Source of the DNA: Sedimentisphaerales bacterium
GTDB lineage: Bacteria > Planctomycetota > Phycisphaerae > Sedimentisphaerales > SM23-30
Length of the DNA stretch: 64,000 nucleotides
NCBI GenBank assembly: GCA_963663805.2
Contig: CAXXMR010000012.1
Location: forward strand, 480,001-544,000
Reading direction: 5' to 3'
In this document: one piece after another, positions 31,042 to 41,063 of the stretch
Layout of the letters: every line of letters starts with the position of its first letter
Position numbering within the stretch: position 1 is the first letter of the stretch
Made by a program: the position numbers and the translations under genes
The notes under the pieces: generated by a model
Told to the model about the DNA's origin: nothing
The model's input: the letters and a program-made list of their open reading frames with translations, nothing else
The model's database searches: none

Positions 31042-32697
31042 TCATCGGGAAAGATAAACTTTATAGCGATACTTGAGTTCCTGTTTTGCTCCCGCTCCCA
31101 TATCGATTTTCCATTTCAAAACATTATTGGCGTTCACCCGTCGCAATCCTCGCGCGGTTTTCTCCAGCTCCGCCAGCGGACTGGAGCTAAGCAGCTCGCC
31201 CGAGAAAAACTTTTCTATCTCCAACGTCACCGCCTCATTCTTATAATTTATCGCTTCCAGCGTACCCTCCACCGTCACCATATCATAATTACTGCCGAAA
31301 AATTTAGCCGCATCCCGCAGCCGCTCTACCTCGTTTTCTATCTCCGAAACTCGAATCGACAAAGCCTGCGTTATCCGCACGGTAGTCTCCTCACCCGCGG
31401 CGGTATAGTTCAGCGTGTCCTGACCCAGGATTATGTTGTCCTGCACAATCGTCGCCGGCGCGGTCGTCCAGGGCAATTTGCTGCTATTATGTATTTTCAG
31501 ATTATGCCATACAATCTGTTCCGATTGCTGCTCACGCGGCTGACGATACCGCTCATAGTCGTCCACATAATCGGCAATCTCCCATTGATAAACATGCTCA
31601 TAACGAACCGGCTCGGTGAACAAAGGATAATATCCCGTTTCTTCTTTAGCCAGCGTAACCGCGTCTACCGGATACAAAAATAAATCCTCAGCCTCCCGCC
31701 CGCTCTCCGCCGCACCATAATCCGGCATGGCAAACCCGCCCATCCCCGCATCTTTCATCATAGGCGAATTATACATAACACGCTGGATTGCCACATTTCC
31801 CCTGCCGCGTCCCTCATTGTTATCCTTGCCCAGCGATTGCAAAAATTCCGCCAGGGTTTGCTTGCCCGAAAGCGGACTGATAATATCCGAAAACTGCAAA
31901 TTCGGATAGCCCGTAATAAGGGACATATACACCCCGTCGAAATTCATCGTCTCGTTAATCACCACCGCCTTGGCCGCGACATACGCCTGGCTGCTGTCAG
32001 AAATATCAATCAGGTAACTCGGTGCCCAGGTGGCGCCCTTGCCCAGATAACTGAAATATATTTCCTGCCCCGCCCCCGCTGGTGCCGCCAGAGCAACACG
32101 CAGATTTGCGACCTTGCCCGAATTGGCAACCTGTTTGTTTACGATGCCGCCCGGAAAACGCACCTGCACCACCTGCCGCGGGTCCACCGCTTCTATCCCG
32201 CTATCAGTTTCAAGATATACTAACTGTCCCCCAACACGAATCCCGGAATTGTCAGTTCGCCCCGTCGCGTAAGGACCAGGCAGCCATTTAGCCTGACCAT
32301 CAACAAAATCCGCCAGCCGCCCGGTTAGGTGCTGATATTCCTCGCCAGCCAAAACCACCGACACCTGCTCACCAACATTCGCCCGCAAAAGCTCCGCAAT
32401 GGTTTCAGCCTTATGAGTCTCCGGCGAATCCGTCGCAAACGCGACCGTACTAACCACCGCCAAATCCCGGTTATACGATGTCCAGAACGTGCCGTGTACC
32501 GCGGCAGTGAAGGGCCCCACTTCAAAAACATCAGCCCCCGTCGGCACTTCCGCCCGACAGACAAAATAAGCCAAACCGTTCTTAAACAACATCACCTCAA
32601 CCAACCGCGGCTGAACCACATTGGATTCCGCCCGGCATAATCCCGAAAACATCACGGCCGATACCAGAAACAAAACTATTAACTGTTTAGTCTTCAT
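31042..32697 (-). CDS. Secreted DUF4139-like protein
   Basis: Signal peptide; LFKNGLA and WAPSY motifs; C-terminal LKWKI..YKV; ATG at 32697 after GGAGG. Confidence 0.7.
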   Translation of the reverse strand: MKTKQLIVLFLVSAVMFSGLCRAESNVVQPRLVEVMLFKNGLAYFVCRAEVPTGADVFEVGPFTAAVHGTFWTSYNRDLAVVSTVAFATDSPETHKAETIAELLRANVGEQVSVVLAGEEYQHLTGRLADFVDGQAKWLPGPYATGRTDNSGIRVGGQLVYLETDSGIEAVDPRQVVQVRFPGGIVNKQVANSGKVANLRVALAAPAGAGQEIYFSYLGKGATWAPSYLIDISDSSQAYVAAKAVVINETMNFDGVYMSLITGYPNLQFSDIISPLSGKQTLAEFLQSLGKDNNEGRGRGNVAIQRVMYNSPMMKDAGMGGFAMPDYGAAESGREAEDLFLYPVDAVTLAKEETGYYPLFTEPVRYEHVYQWEIADYVDDYERYRQPREQQSEQIVWHNLKIHNSSKLPWTTAPATIVQDNIILGQDTLNYTAAGEETTVRITQALSIRVSEIENEVERLRDAAKFFGSNYDMVTVEGTLEAINYKNEAVTLEIEKFFSGELLSSSPLAELEKTARGLRRVNANNVLKWKIDMGAGAKQELKYRYKVYLSR

Positions 32698-32734
32698 GAA
32701 AGCGCCTCCAAAATGGTTTCTCAAATCTGTTCAT

Positions 32735-32769
32735 AAAAAAAGGCGGAAGCTCCGAAGATACTTCCGCCT
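32735..32769 (-). terminator. Intrinsic terminator after the OmpA-family gene
   Basis: AGGCGGAAG/CTTCCGCCT stem followed by a U-tract on the minus strand. Confidence 0.8.
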
Positions 32770-32818
32770 CGCTTGCCGTTATTTATGACCAACAAATGTC
32801 CATCTGGTTCCCCAAATT

Positions 32819-33601
32819 TTACATGGCCGTGTTAATCCGAATCTGACCTGCCGGCACGATATAAATCTCTACCCGACGATTTTTGGCACTGCCCTTCTTG
32901 CCCGGCTGATTAGGCTCGGCTGGATGAAACTCGCCCATACCCATTACCGTAGTGCGAGTCTCCGCAATTTCACCAGCCAAAATCCGCTGCACCGAAATCG
33001 CCCGGTGGGCCGAAAGATGCCAGTTGGTCGGATGCCTGTCAGCCGAAGCCCGAATGGGCTGGTCGTCCGTGTGTCCCACGATTAGCACATCAAAACTCTG
33101 AGCTGCCGGAGTATCCATAATCTTGCCCAGCTCCTTCAACTGCGGCTGAGCCTTATCGGAAACCTTGTCCGAACCCGCGTTGAACAGCAGGTCACTCTTA
33201 AAACGCACAATTCCGCGCTCTTCGTCAAAAGTCACCAAATCAGAACCGGTTTGTGCCGCCCAGTCCGCCAAAGCCGAATTAAGTTCCGGCGGCAGAGCCG
33301 GCTGGCCAACCTGCTGGCTCAACTGCTCGATCAAAGCGTTCTTGCTCTTCAAGGCTGCTTCCAACGCCGCGATCTTTTCCTTTTCCAAACCCTTCATCTT
33401 CAGCAATTGTTCATATTGCTGACGGGCCCGGTCGGCGTCCATGCGAGCGTTATTCTGGTCACCTTCCACACCTTCCAGCCGCTCCAGCAGCGTCGCGTTC
33501 CGACGCATGCAGTTGTCATAATCCGCTTTGGACGCACAACCGCTCATAACCACCAACAGCATCAGCACCGCGCAACTAATTAACATCGACCTGAAAGTCA
33601 T
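32819..33601 (-). CDS. OmpA/MotB-domain lipoprotein with coiled coil
   Basis: Lipobox MSGC; LLFNAGSD, GHTDDQP, NWHLSAHRA and KNRRVEI motifs; ATG at 33601 after AAGGAG. Confidence 0.9.
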   Translation of the reverse strand: MTFRSMLISCAVLMLLVVMSGCASKADYDNCMRRNATLLERLEGVEGDQNNARMDADRARQQYEQLLKMKGLEKEKIAALEAALKSKNALIEQLSQQVGQPALPPELNSALADWAAQTGSDLVTFDEERGIVRFKSDLLFNAGSDKVSDKAQPQLKELGKIMDTPAAQSFDVLIVGHTDDQPIRASADRHPTNWHLSAHRAISVQRILAGEIAETRTTVMGMGEFHPAEPNQPGKKGSAKNRRVEIYIVPAGQIRINTAM

Positions 33602-33690
33602 AGGAATCTCCTTTCGCGAAAATTTTCTATGGATCATTTTATAAATCGGCATTTTAACTGCCGCTATGTACGGTATAGACCATCCGAATA

Positions 33691-34854
33691 TTACTTCTTA
33701 GCCTTTTTCTCTTTTTTGGGCTTGGGAGCTTTAGCTTTCTTTTCCTTTTTCGGCTTGGGGGCCTTAGCTTTCTTTTCTTTCTGGGTCTTGGTTCCGCCGC
33801 CACCACCGCTTACCGCGGCACCGATACCCCATATCGCCAGAAACAATACCAACGCCCCGCCCACGATATAAAGGATATATTCACCCGCGGCTGCCACCAA
33901 ACTCGGATTCAAACCCGACGCTGCCGACCCCACCACACAGCTCGTAAATATCAGTGCCAGCAACGGGACTATCATCGCGATACCATAAGGCACGCTCGCG
34001 GGGTCATAAACCGCCACCGCCGTATGCAAATATTCCGGACCCGCACCGGGCTCAGGCATTTCCATTTCCATCGTCGCGTCAACTGTCGCCGCTGCCGCCG
34101 CCTCCAGCTGGGTCGGCATCTGAGTTTCGATGTCACCTTCTTCATTACCCGGATAAATTTCTTCCAGCAGTTCGGCACCCAGACTGGTGTCATCTGCTTC
34201 ACGAGTCAAATCCAGCAGACCACTGCCGCTGCTGCCGCTGTCCAGTTGAACATGATCGTCCAGGTCCGGTGCCATCTGCGTCTGAGCCAGCGGGTCTATG
34301 ATTTCCAGGTCGTCATCGGAATCGCCCAAAATGTCAACACCATCGTGGTTAGTAATCACAGTATCGTCTTTAGAGGGCATAAGGGAACTGCCTTCCAGAC
34401 TGATTTGGTCGGCACTTTGCGAAGACAGATTAAGGCTATCACCGGTCTGGCTAGCCGAAAGGTCCAGCGCCCCGGATTCCTCCGACAAACCCAGAGGCCC
34501 CATACTGCTGCCGCCGACCAGACCAATTTCGCCCGATTCGTCCAGGGCCAAACTATCCAACCCGTCTTCGTCCGGAAGCATAACATCAGAACCCGCCGAC
34601 AAATCCACGCCCGCACTGGCACCCGGAGACAGACCAATCTCACCAGATTCGTCCAACGCCAGAGAAATATCACTGCCCCCGGCATCGCCGCCCGCCCCGC
34701 CGGCCAGGGTGTCAACTTCGTCAACTTTGTACATCAGTTTCGCCCCGTCCCGAAATTCACGCAATTTGCCTTCCTGAACCATCTTCTTTACGGCTTCTTC
34801 CGTGCAGCCGAGTTTACCCTGAACTTCTTCCAGACCGTAAAACATCTTTGCCAT
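33691..34854 (-). CDS. Membrane-anchored protein: N-terminal MerR/excisionase-like HTH, acidic disordered linker, 2 TMs, Lys-rich tail
   Basis: FYGLEEVQGKLG...GKLREFRDG; repeated SLALDESGEIGL; tandem KEKKAKAPKPK. Confidence 0.85.
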   Translation of the reverse strand: MAKMFYGLEEVQGKLGCTEEAVKKMVQEGKLREFRDGAKLMYKVDEVDTLAGGAGGDAGGSDISLALDESGEIGLSPGASAGVDLSAGSDVMLPDEDGLDSLALDESGEIGLVGGSSMGPLGLSEESGALDLSASQTGDSLNLSSQSADQISLEGSSLMPSKDDTVITNHDGVDILGDSDDDLEIIDPLAQTQMAPDLDDHVQLDSGSSGSGLLDLTREADDTSLGAELLEEIYPGNEEGDIETQMPTQLEAAAAATVDATMEMEMPEPGAGPEYLHTAVAVYDPASVPYGIAMIVPLLALIFTSCVVGSAASGLNPSLVAAAGEYILYIVGGALVLFLAIWGIGAAVSGGGGGTKTQKEKKAKAPKPKKEKKAKAPKPKKEKKAKK

Positions 34855-34895
34855 CGCTGGTTCCTTCTTAAATACTTAAATAACCGTATCTTAGG

Positions 34896-35300
34896 TCATT
34901 GCTTCGCCGGGGCCGACACTGCGGGGCCTTCCTCTTGGTCAAGCCATTGAGCCCGCTTGAGAAGCTCCTGAACTTCCGATACCGGCGGCTGTGAAGAATT
35001 ATATTCTTCCAACTGCCTATCATAACGATAGCTGCGAACAGCTAACAACACCAACCCACCTATATCGCCACGCCGCCCCTGATACTGATAAATGCTTATG
35101 GTTTCATTAGTTCTATCAATTAATGCCAGCCCGTCTGAATTACCACCCAGATTCAAAATCAGCACGGTTAAATCATCACCACCCCCGGCCGGGCCAAAAT
35201 TGCCGTCCTGCTGGGTCAGTAAAATCGTAGCCGCACAAGCCGAAACCAGCAACAATACCAGAAACAGCGCCGCACCAGGATGAGCCGCTCTCTGCAACAA
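34896..35300 (-). CDS. Hypothetical membrane/exported protein
   Basis: Hydrophobic N-terminus; co-oriented, 41 bp upstream of the HTH gene. Confidence 0.7.
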   Translation of the reverse strand: MLQRAAHPGAALFLVLLLVSACAATILLTQQDGNFGPAGGGDDLTVLILNLGGNSDGLALIDRTNETISIYQYQGRRGDIGGLVLLAVRSYRYDRQLEEYNSSQPPVSEVQELLKRAQWLDQEEGPAVSAPAKQ

Positions 35301-35616
35301 TCTACAACCCCTTGATACAAAACTATTTATCGCTATAAACTATCCAAACTATATTATAGTCGCCATTTGCCAGCCTATGCAAGCCAAATATTTAACGCAA
35401 AACGGCAACAATTTGTCAGAACCGTCTAAAGGGAATCTCGCCCAAACAAAAGCCCGAAACCCCAACGCCGGGAAAATAAAAAAACTTCGCCAAAGGCGAA
35501 ACCTTGCCGTTACCCCCAAATGACCGCGGCGATTTATAAGTGCGATACGCACCTTCTTGCGCAGCAAGGCCCTGGTCTTCGCAGTAGACAACATCGCCGC
35601 CTATTTGGGGTATAGC

Positions 35617-37497
35617 TCACTGCGACCGCCGCCGCGCCCAACGGTCCGGCAAAAGTCTGGCCGCGATTTCTTCGATGGAGTCTTCCGGGCAAAGTTCGCT
35701 CAGGGCGGCGATAATTCGTCTTCTCAAATTTTCATCCGTAACATCATTAAACAATCCTATCAGCGGCAAAATAGCGGCAGGGTCACCGATCTTGGCCAAA
35801 GCTGAGATGGTATCACCTAATCTGCTATGGTCCAACCGACGCAGATTTTCCAGCAGGGCCCTGAGTGAATCAAATCCGCCGATGTCACCCAAAGCACGGG
35901 CGGCACGGGCCTGAACCAGACTGTCCCGGTCATAAAGTGCCCGGCCCAGCGCTTCGCAGGCCTGAGCGCTGCCAATCTTGCCCAAAGCTTCCGCAGCGTT
36001 ATGACGTACCCGCCGACTGGGATCTTTCAGCGAACGAACCAGCTCATGAATCGCCAGCGGACTCTGCATTCTGCCCAGCCGCCTGGCGGCACGAGCCCGA
36101 CGATTGGCATCTTTGGCCAGTCGCAATTTGTCTATTTCAATACTTGCCCGGAAGGGATTGCCGCTGCGTAGATATGACAAAACAGTCCGAACCGACACAC
36201 TGCCCGGCTCGGGCCAACGCTTGACCAGCGGCAAAGCACTGAAACGCAGCAATAAAGCCGCGAAAAAAATCACATGATAACCGTTCCACCGGTAAGGCCC
36301 AAAATCAACGGTAAAAACCGAAGAAATCGGGTCGATAATAATGCCTGATATCAAAGGAGCTATCCCACCAGCCAAACCAATAGCCAGAAAATTCGTCGCC
36401 GCGATATACATCGCCCGGTTCTTACGCGGAGTACATTTCATGGCTACTCCCTGAATTATCATCAGCCAGGCACCCTGAAACAAACCATCCAGCAGCAAAG
36501 CCACCGTAAAAACAGCCTCCGCAAAAACCGGTATATTCGGCAAAAAAACATAAACCAGTGGAATAACACACTTGCCCACAACCACCATCTGCAAGACCGG
36601 TTTGAAACCATAAATATCACAGAGTAATCCGCACAATCGAGAGGAATACAAAGACGCCACCGCATAGGTCAAAAAAATCAACTGAACCTTTACCGCACTG
36701 AATCCCAGCTCCTCAATCATATAGGGATAACAAAACGGACCCATGAACATCATGGCAAATGTAAAAAAACCGCGAAAAATCAAAAAAGGACGATACTCAT
36801 TATTGTTCAAAGGCTCCTTTAGCGTCGCCATAAAACCTATAGTCGAATGAAGCTCCTCTGGAGGCTCCGGAATAGGATAGAACAGCAAAATATCTATAAC
36901 CCCCGCGATAATGGCAGTGACAGACAGAACCGTAAAACCGAGAATAATCTCGTCGTTACGCTCAAAATACCAAAAGAGCAACGCCGAACCTAACTGCGTC
37001 AAAATACTGTAGGCGCTGATTATCCGCTGACGATTGCCCCAGTAACGGTTAAGAGAATCCTTGGGAATTATATCCGCCATCCACGACATCCACAGCGGCA
37101 CCGAAAACTGCATCAAAATATTATGTACCAGAAGAACCGTGATTATCCACCACAAACGCGGCCTCTCACTCCGAAACAAAACCGGAGCCGCCAGAACCAA
37201 AAAAAATAACAGGCGATGAACGATACATATTACCATCCAAACCCGCTTGCGACGCGGCATATGATTGGACCAGACCGCCGCAACCATCTGGAACACCAAC
37301 GCAAACGAACCCAACGCCGCCAGCAAACCAAAATCAAAAGGCTTCGCCCCCAGCTCCGTCATGTATTTTGTATACGGGGCCCCCAATACGCAAACCGAAA
37401 AGTAATACGTCCCCAAAACGCCACCCGCGCAAACATAACGCCAGTAACGATCCAGGTTCGCTATGCCGGTTACCGAAATTTCCCGGTCCTCGCTCAT
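35617..37497 (-). CDS. MFS transporter with C-terminal HEAT repeats
   Basis: About 12 TMs; WMSWMADIIP..RYWGNR; repeated AAEALGKIG/AARALGDIG. Confidence 0.88.
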   Translation of the reverse strand: MSEDREISVTGIANLDRYWRYVCAGGVLGTYYFSVCVLGAPYTKYMTELGAKPFDFGLLAALGSFALVFQMVAAVWSNHMPRRKRVWMVICIVHRLLFFLVLAAPVLFRSERPRLWWIITVLLVHNILMQFSVPLWMSWMADIIPKDSLNRYWGNRQRIISAYSILTQLGSALLFWYFERNDEIILGFTVLSVTAIIAGVIDILLFYPIPEPPEELHSTIGFMATLKEPLNNNEYRPFLIFRGFFTFAMMFMGPFCYPYMIEELGFSAVKVQLIFLTYAVASLYSSRLCGLLCDIYGFKPVLQMVVVGKCVIPLVYVFLPNIPVFAEAVFTVALLLDGLFQGAWLMIIQGVAMKCTPRKNRAMYIAATNFLAIGLAGGIAPLISGIIIDPISSVFTVDFGPYRWNGYHVIFFAALLLRFSALPLVKRWPEPGSVSVRTVLSYLRSGNPFRASIEIDKLRLAKDANRRARAARRLGRMQSPLAIHELVRSLKDPSRRVRHNAAEALGKIGSAQACEALGRALYDRDSLVQARAARALGDIGGFDSLRALLENLRRLDHSRLGDTISALAKIGDPAAILPLIGLFNDVTDENLRRRIIAALSELCPEDSIEEIAARLLPDRWARRRSQ

Positions 37498-37509
37498 AAT
37501 CTCAACAAT

Positions 37510-38883
37510 CTAATCCAACTTGCGGTTCAAGTCCCCGATTTCATTCTTGAATTTCTGCCATTTTTCCGTCGCCATCTGCCCGCCCCAGACCGGAATAATA
37601 CTGTTGTTATGCAGCAGCGGTTCATCAGGGTCGATACCATACTCCGCACAGGCCCGCGCAAAAAACGGCGTACCCGGTATCGGTGTATATTGACACAAAC
37701 GTATCTGCAAACCTGAATCATGCACCGCCGCCGCTGAGGCCGCCACTTCCGCCGGCTCCTGGCCCGGCAAACCCGCCAGAATATAAACCTCCAGCTCCTC
37801 CGCCTTATACCCCGCACCCAGAAGATTGGCAACCGCTTTTCGGAATATTTTGTCATTTATTTTTGAATCACTCGCACGCTGACCCACACTACCCTCTGCC
37901 GACGCTTCATAACTCAAACGTATCATCTCAAAATTGTTAGCGTACATCAGATTTGCAACTTCCTCGTCAATAAAACGAGCGTGCAATCCGTTAGGCGCCT
38001 GAAAACGAAACGGCAGGGACAACCCCCCCGCCTGTCTCATAATCTCGTTGAAATGTTCAGGCGCCGCAACCAACAACGCATCGTCAGCCAAGGCAACATT
38101 CAAACGCGGACGCGGACCCAGCAGTTTCGCCAGTTCCCTCAACTGTCCCACAAATTTACCCGCCGCCAACTGCCGCAGTTTGCCCTGCAAAAATCCGCTC
38201 GCACAATAATCACACCGATACGGACAACCCAGAGACGTTATCAACGCCAGATATTCCAGCCGACCATACAAATCATAAGCGGGCTCGGGCCAGTCATTCA
38301 AATCATCACTTATCCGCGAAACTTTTTCCCGACCCGTCAGCTCGCCCAGCCACCCAAATACCTCACTATAGCCCCGCTTGACAAAAACCCGGTCCGACCC
38401 GCTCACCTTCTGTGCGTGTTCGGGAATAAGACGCGCGTAAATCCCGCCCAACCCCACCGGAGTATCCGGCACAAAATCCCGAGCCAAATTAACCGCTTCT
38501 GCCACCCCCGGATACCAGTACGTCATCATACTGCCCACCAGCACCGCCGCGGGTTTATATGTCTCATAAGCCCGCCCCAAAAGCTCACCCGCTAAGTCCG
38601 CCGGCATGCCATACCTGCGATAATATCGCCCCACATGTTTCAGACACGCAGGCTTTTCCACAATCTCCGCGTAAAATTTCCCCGTGCCGTCCTCACGAAT
38701 CTTCGGCTCGCCATAACGAACCACCATCTCCGCCGAAAACCGGTCCAGCAAATCCACCAGCACCACCCCATAACCCTCCCGCCGCAGCAGCCCCGCTAGA
38801 TACAATAACCCCAGCGGCTTACTGAACAAATCATAAGCCGCAAAATCATATATCGGAGGATTAACTAAAACTACCCATTCCAT
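37510..38883 (-). CDS. B12-binding radical SAM protein
   Basis: NPPIYDFAAYDLFSKPLGL, MTYWYPG and GCPYRCDYCAS motifs. Confidence 0.9.
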   Translation of the reverse strand: MEWVVLVNPPIYDFAAYDLFSKPLGLLYLAGLLRREGYGVVLVDLLDRFSAEMVVRYGEPKIREDGTGKFYAEIVEKPACLKHVGRYYRRYGMPADLAGELLGRAYETYKPAAVLVGSMMTYWYPGVAEAVNLARDFVPDTPVGLGGIYARLIPEHAQKVSGSDRVFVKRGYSEVFGWLGELTGREKVSRISDDLNDWPEPAYDLYGRLEYLALITSLGCPYRCDYCASGFLQGKLRQLAAGKFVGQLRELAKLLGPRPRLNVALADDALLVAAPEHFNEIMRQAGGLSLPFRFQAPNGLHARFIDEEVANLMYANNFEMIRLSYEASAEGSVGQRASDSKINDKIFRKAVANLLGAGYKAEELEVYILAGLPGQEPAEVAASAAAVHDSGLQIRLCQYTPIPGTPFFARACAEYGIDPDEPLLHNNSIIPVWGGQMATEKWQKFKNEIGDLNRKLD

Positions 38884-38900
38884 AATAACAACCCCGCCGT

Positions 38901-38985
38901 TGACGTTAAATAAAAACCATCGACCGAAGGTCGAAACCTCGCCGTTACACTCATGCCTCTTGCCTCATCCCTCTTGCCTTCTTCT
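38901..38985 (-). repeat. Diverged copy of the composite repeat
   Basis: GTTAAATAAAA..CGACCGAAGGTCGAA..GCCGTT..TGCCTC heptamers, similar to 42745-42806. Confidence 0.75.
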
Positions 38986-38986
38986 A

Positions 38987-40945
38987 CTACTTCGAACTAG
39001 CCAGCTCCTGCTGATAACGACGCATCAGCGCCGCACGGGTAACCATACCCACAAACTCTGTCTCGCACTTCTCACCCACCACCGCGAAACCCGGAACCTC
39101 AAAACGAGAAAACTTATCCAGTACCGTATCCAGAGTATCATTTTCCTTAACCGTCGGCACTTCAGCCCGCGCCAGCTCGCCCGCCACCAAAAACGGCACC
39201 GCTTCCGGCTGCAAAAGTGCCGCCCGCAAATCTTCACCTATCAGCAGACCATGATATTTGCCCGCGTGGTCAGTCACAATGAAATCCGCCGTCTCCAAAT
39301 CAACCGCCATACGAATAACATCCTGCAAAGACGTATCGTCATAAACCCGCGTAAAAGTATCCTGCATAATCATCTGCACCGTAAGCCGCCGCAAAATCGC
39401 CGTATTCGCCCGCGTCTCATACTGAATCCCCCGCCGCCGCAGCTTCAGGGTATATATCGAGTCTCGATACAAAACCTGAGCTATCGCCGTCGCGATCGTC
39501 GCCGACAGCATTACCGGCATAATAATCCGATAGTTCCGCGTCATCTCAAACAATATGATTATCCCCGCCATGGGCGCATGCGTCGTCGCACTAACCACCG
39601 ACGCCATCCCCACCAGTGCGTAAGTCTCAGGACGTAAATCGCCATACCAACCCAAAGACTGCATCCCTAACCCAAACGCGTAACCAACCACCGCACCCAG
39701 AAAAAGGGACGGTGCAAAAACACCGCCCGAACCACCGCTGCCCAGAGTAAAACACGTCGCCAGAGATTTCAAACAAAACAATGCCGCCAATACCAAAAAC
39801 GTCAGATTAAGACTCGCCGCCCCTTCCGGCACATTAGCACCAATACACTGACCTATCAGACGATACCCGTTACCGAATATCGAAGGCTCGCCCACCTCGG
39901 TATTATCAAAAACACAAACCGTTAAAAGACCCAGCAACCCCAGACCAACCGCACCAATCACCGGCTTAGCTACATGATGAACCGGCAAACGCTTATCAAA
40001 AAAATCCTCAAAACCGTATAACAGCTTCACGAACAGCACCGCCGCGGCCGCACACAAAACTCCCAGCACCGCGTAATTACCAACTTCGTACCAGACAAAA
40101 TTATAAACATCAGGATTAACCAGCGGAAATATCGCTTCGTTTTCACCCAACAACGCAGAGGTCACCACACTGCTGACCACCGAAGCTATCAGCACCGGCG
40201 AAAAAGTCTTGAAGTTCAATTCCCGCAAAAATATTTCCAACGCAAAAAGAACCCCGGCAATAGGAGCGTGGAAAATCGCCGAGATACCTGCCGCAGCCCC
40301 GCAGCCTACCAGTACCGGCATATTGTATCGAACAACCTTGAAATACTGACCCAGCGTCGAGCCCAAAGCCGCACCTATCTGAATAATAGGACCTTCAGTA
40401 CCCGCCGAACCGCCCGAACCAATCGTCAACGCCGAAGATAACGCCTTGGCAATCGCCACCCGTGGCCGGATTACACCTTCACGCCGCGCAATCGCATCCA
40501 TCACTTCAGGAACACCGTGCCCCTTGGCCTCACGAGCAAAAAAATACGTAATCAGACCAACCAGCAGCATCCCCACACCCGGCAGAACTATCAGCATAAA
40601 ACCGCGACCACCGTAAAGCCCGCCCCCGTCAACATTACCATAACAAAGGTTATGACAAAGGTGAATCAGCTTCGTAAAACCCACCGAACCAACCGCCGTC
40701 AGCGCCCCGATCACCACCGCCAGAACGACCAGAAAACTATCTTCCTTAAAACCCAGCCGACGCAAAAGCCCGTCAAGCCGCCGACGCAAAGCTTCCCCCC
40801 CCCGTCGTACACTACCTGTCTCAGCCATCATCCAGTTACCAATCAATAAGTCTAAAAATAAAAAGGCTAGCCCAGAGGTCATTCCGTCTCCGGCCAGCCA
40901 TACACGAGCATCATTATATCGCCCCAGACTCCCTATGAAAACCAA
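38987..40945 (-). CDS. ClC chloride channel/antiporter with CBS pair (true start probably downstream)
   Basis: GHGVPE, GSAGTEGP, GGVFAPSL and FEMT motifs; C-terminal CBS domains. Confidence 0.93.
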   Translation of the reverse strand: MVFIGSLGRYNDARVWLAGDGMTSGLAFLFLDLLIGNWMMAETGSVRRGGEALRRRLDGLLRRLGFKEDSFLVVLAVVIGALTAVGSVGFTKLIHLCHNLCYGNVDGGGLYGGRGFMLIVLPGVGMLLVGLITYFFAREAKGHGVPEVMDAIARREGVIRPRVAIAKALSSALTIGSGGSAGTEGPIIQIGAALGSTLGQYFKVVRYNMPVLVGCGAAAGISAIFHAPIAGVLFALEIFLRELNFKTFSPVLIASVVSSVVTSALLGENEAIFPLVNPDVYNFVWYEVGNYAVLGVLCAAAAVLFVKLLYGFEDFFDKRLPVHHVAKPVIGAVGLGLLGLLTVCVFDNTEVGEPSIFGNGYRLIGQCIGANVPEGAASLNLTFLVLAALFCLKSLATCFTLGSGGSGGVFAPSLFLGAVVGYAFGLGMQSLGWYGDLRPETYALVGMASVVSATTHAPMAGIIILFEMTRNYRIIMPVMLSATIATAIAQVLYRDSIYTLKLRRRGIQYETRANTAILRRLTVQMIMQDTFTRVYDDTSLQDVIRMAVDLETADFIVTDHAGKYHGLLIGEDLRAALLQPEAVPFLVAGELARAEVPTVKENDTLDTVLDKFSRFEVPGFAVVGEKCETEFVGMVTRAALMRRYQQELASSK

Positions 40946-41063
40946 TAATCAAAATTTTTCCCCACTGCCCGCCCGATAACCAAACCAACAACAGGAACCG
41001 AGCCGCATAACCGACCGGATAAGACTACCATCACCCATCCCTTACCCCAAAATCTCTGATTTC

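Noticed and set aside
34024..34950. 308-aa + strand ORF
   Set aside because: Antisense to the HTH membrane protein; no independent features.
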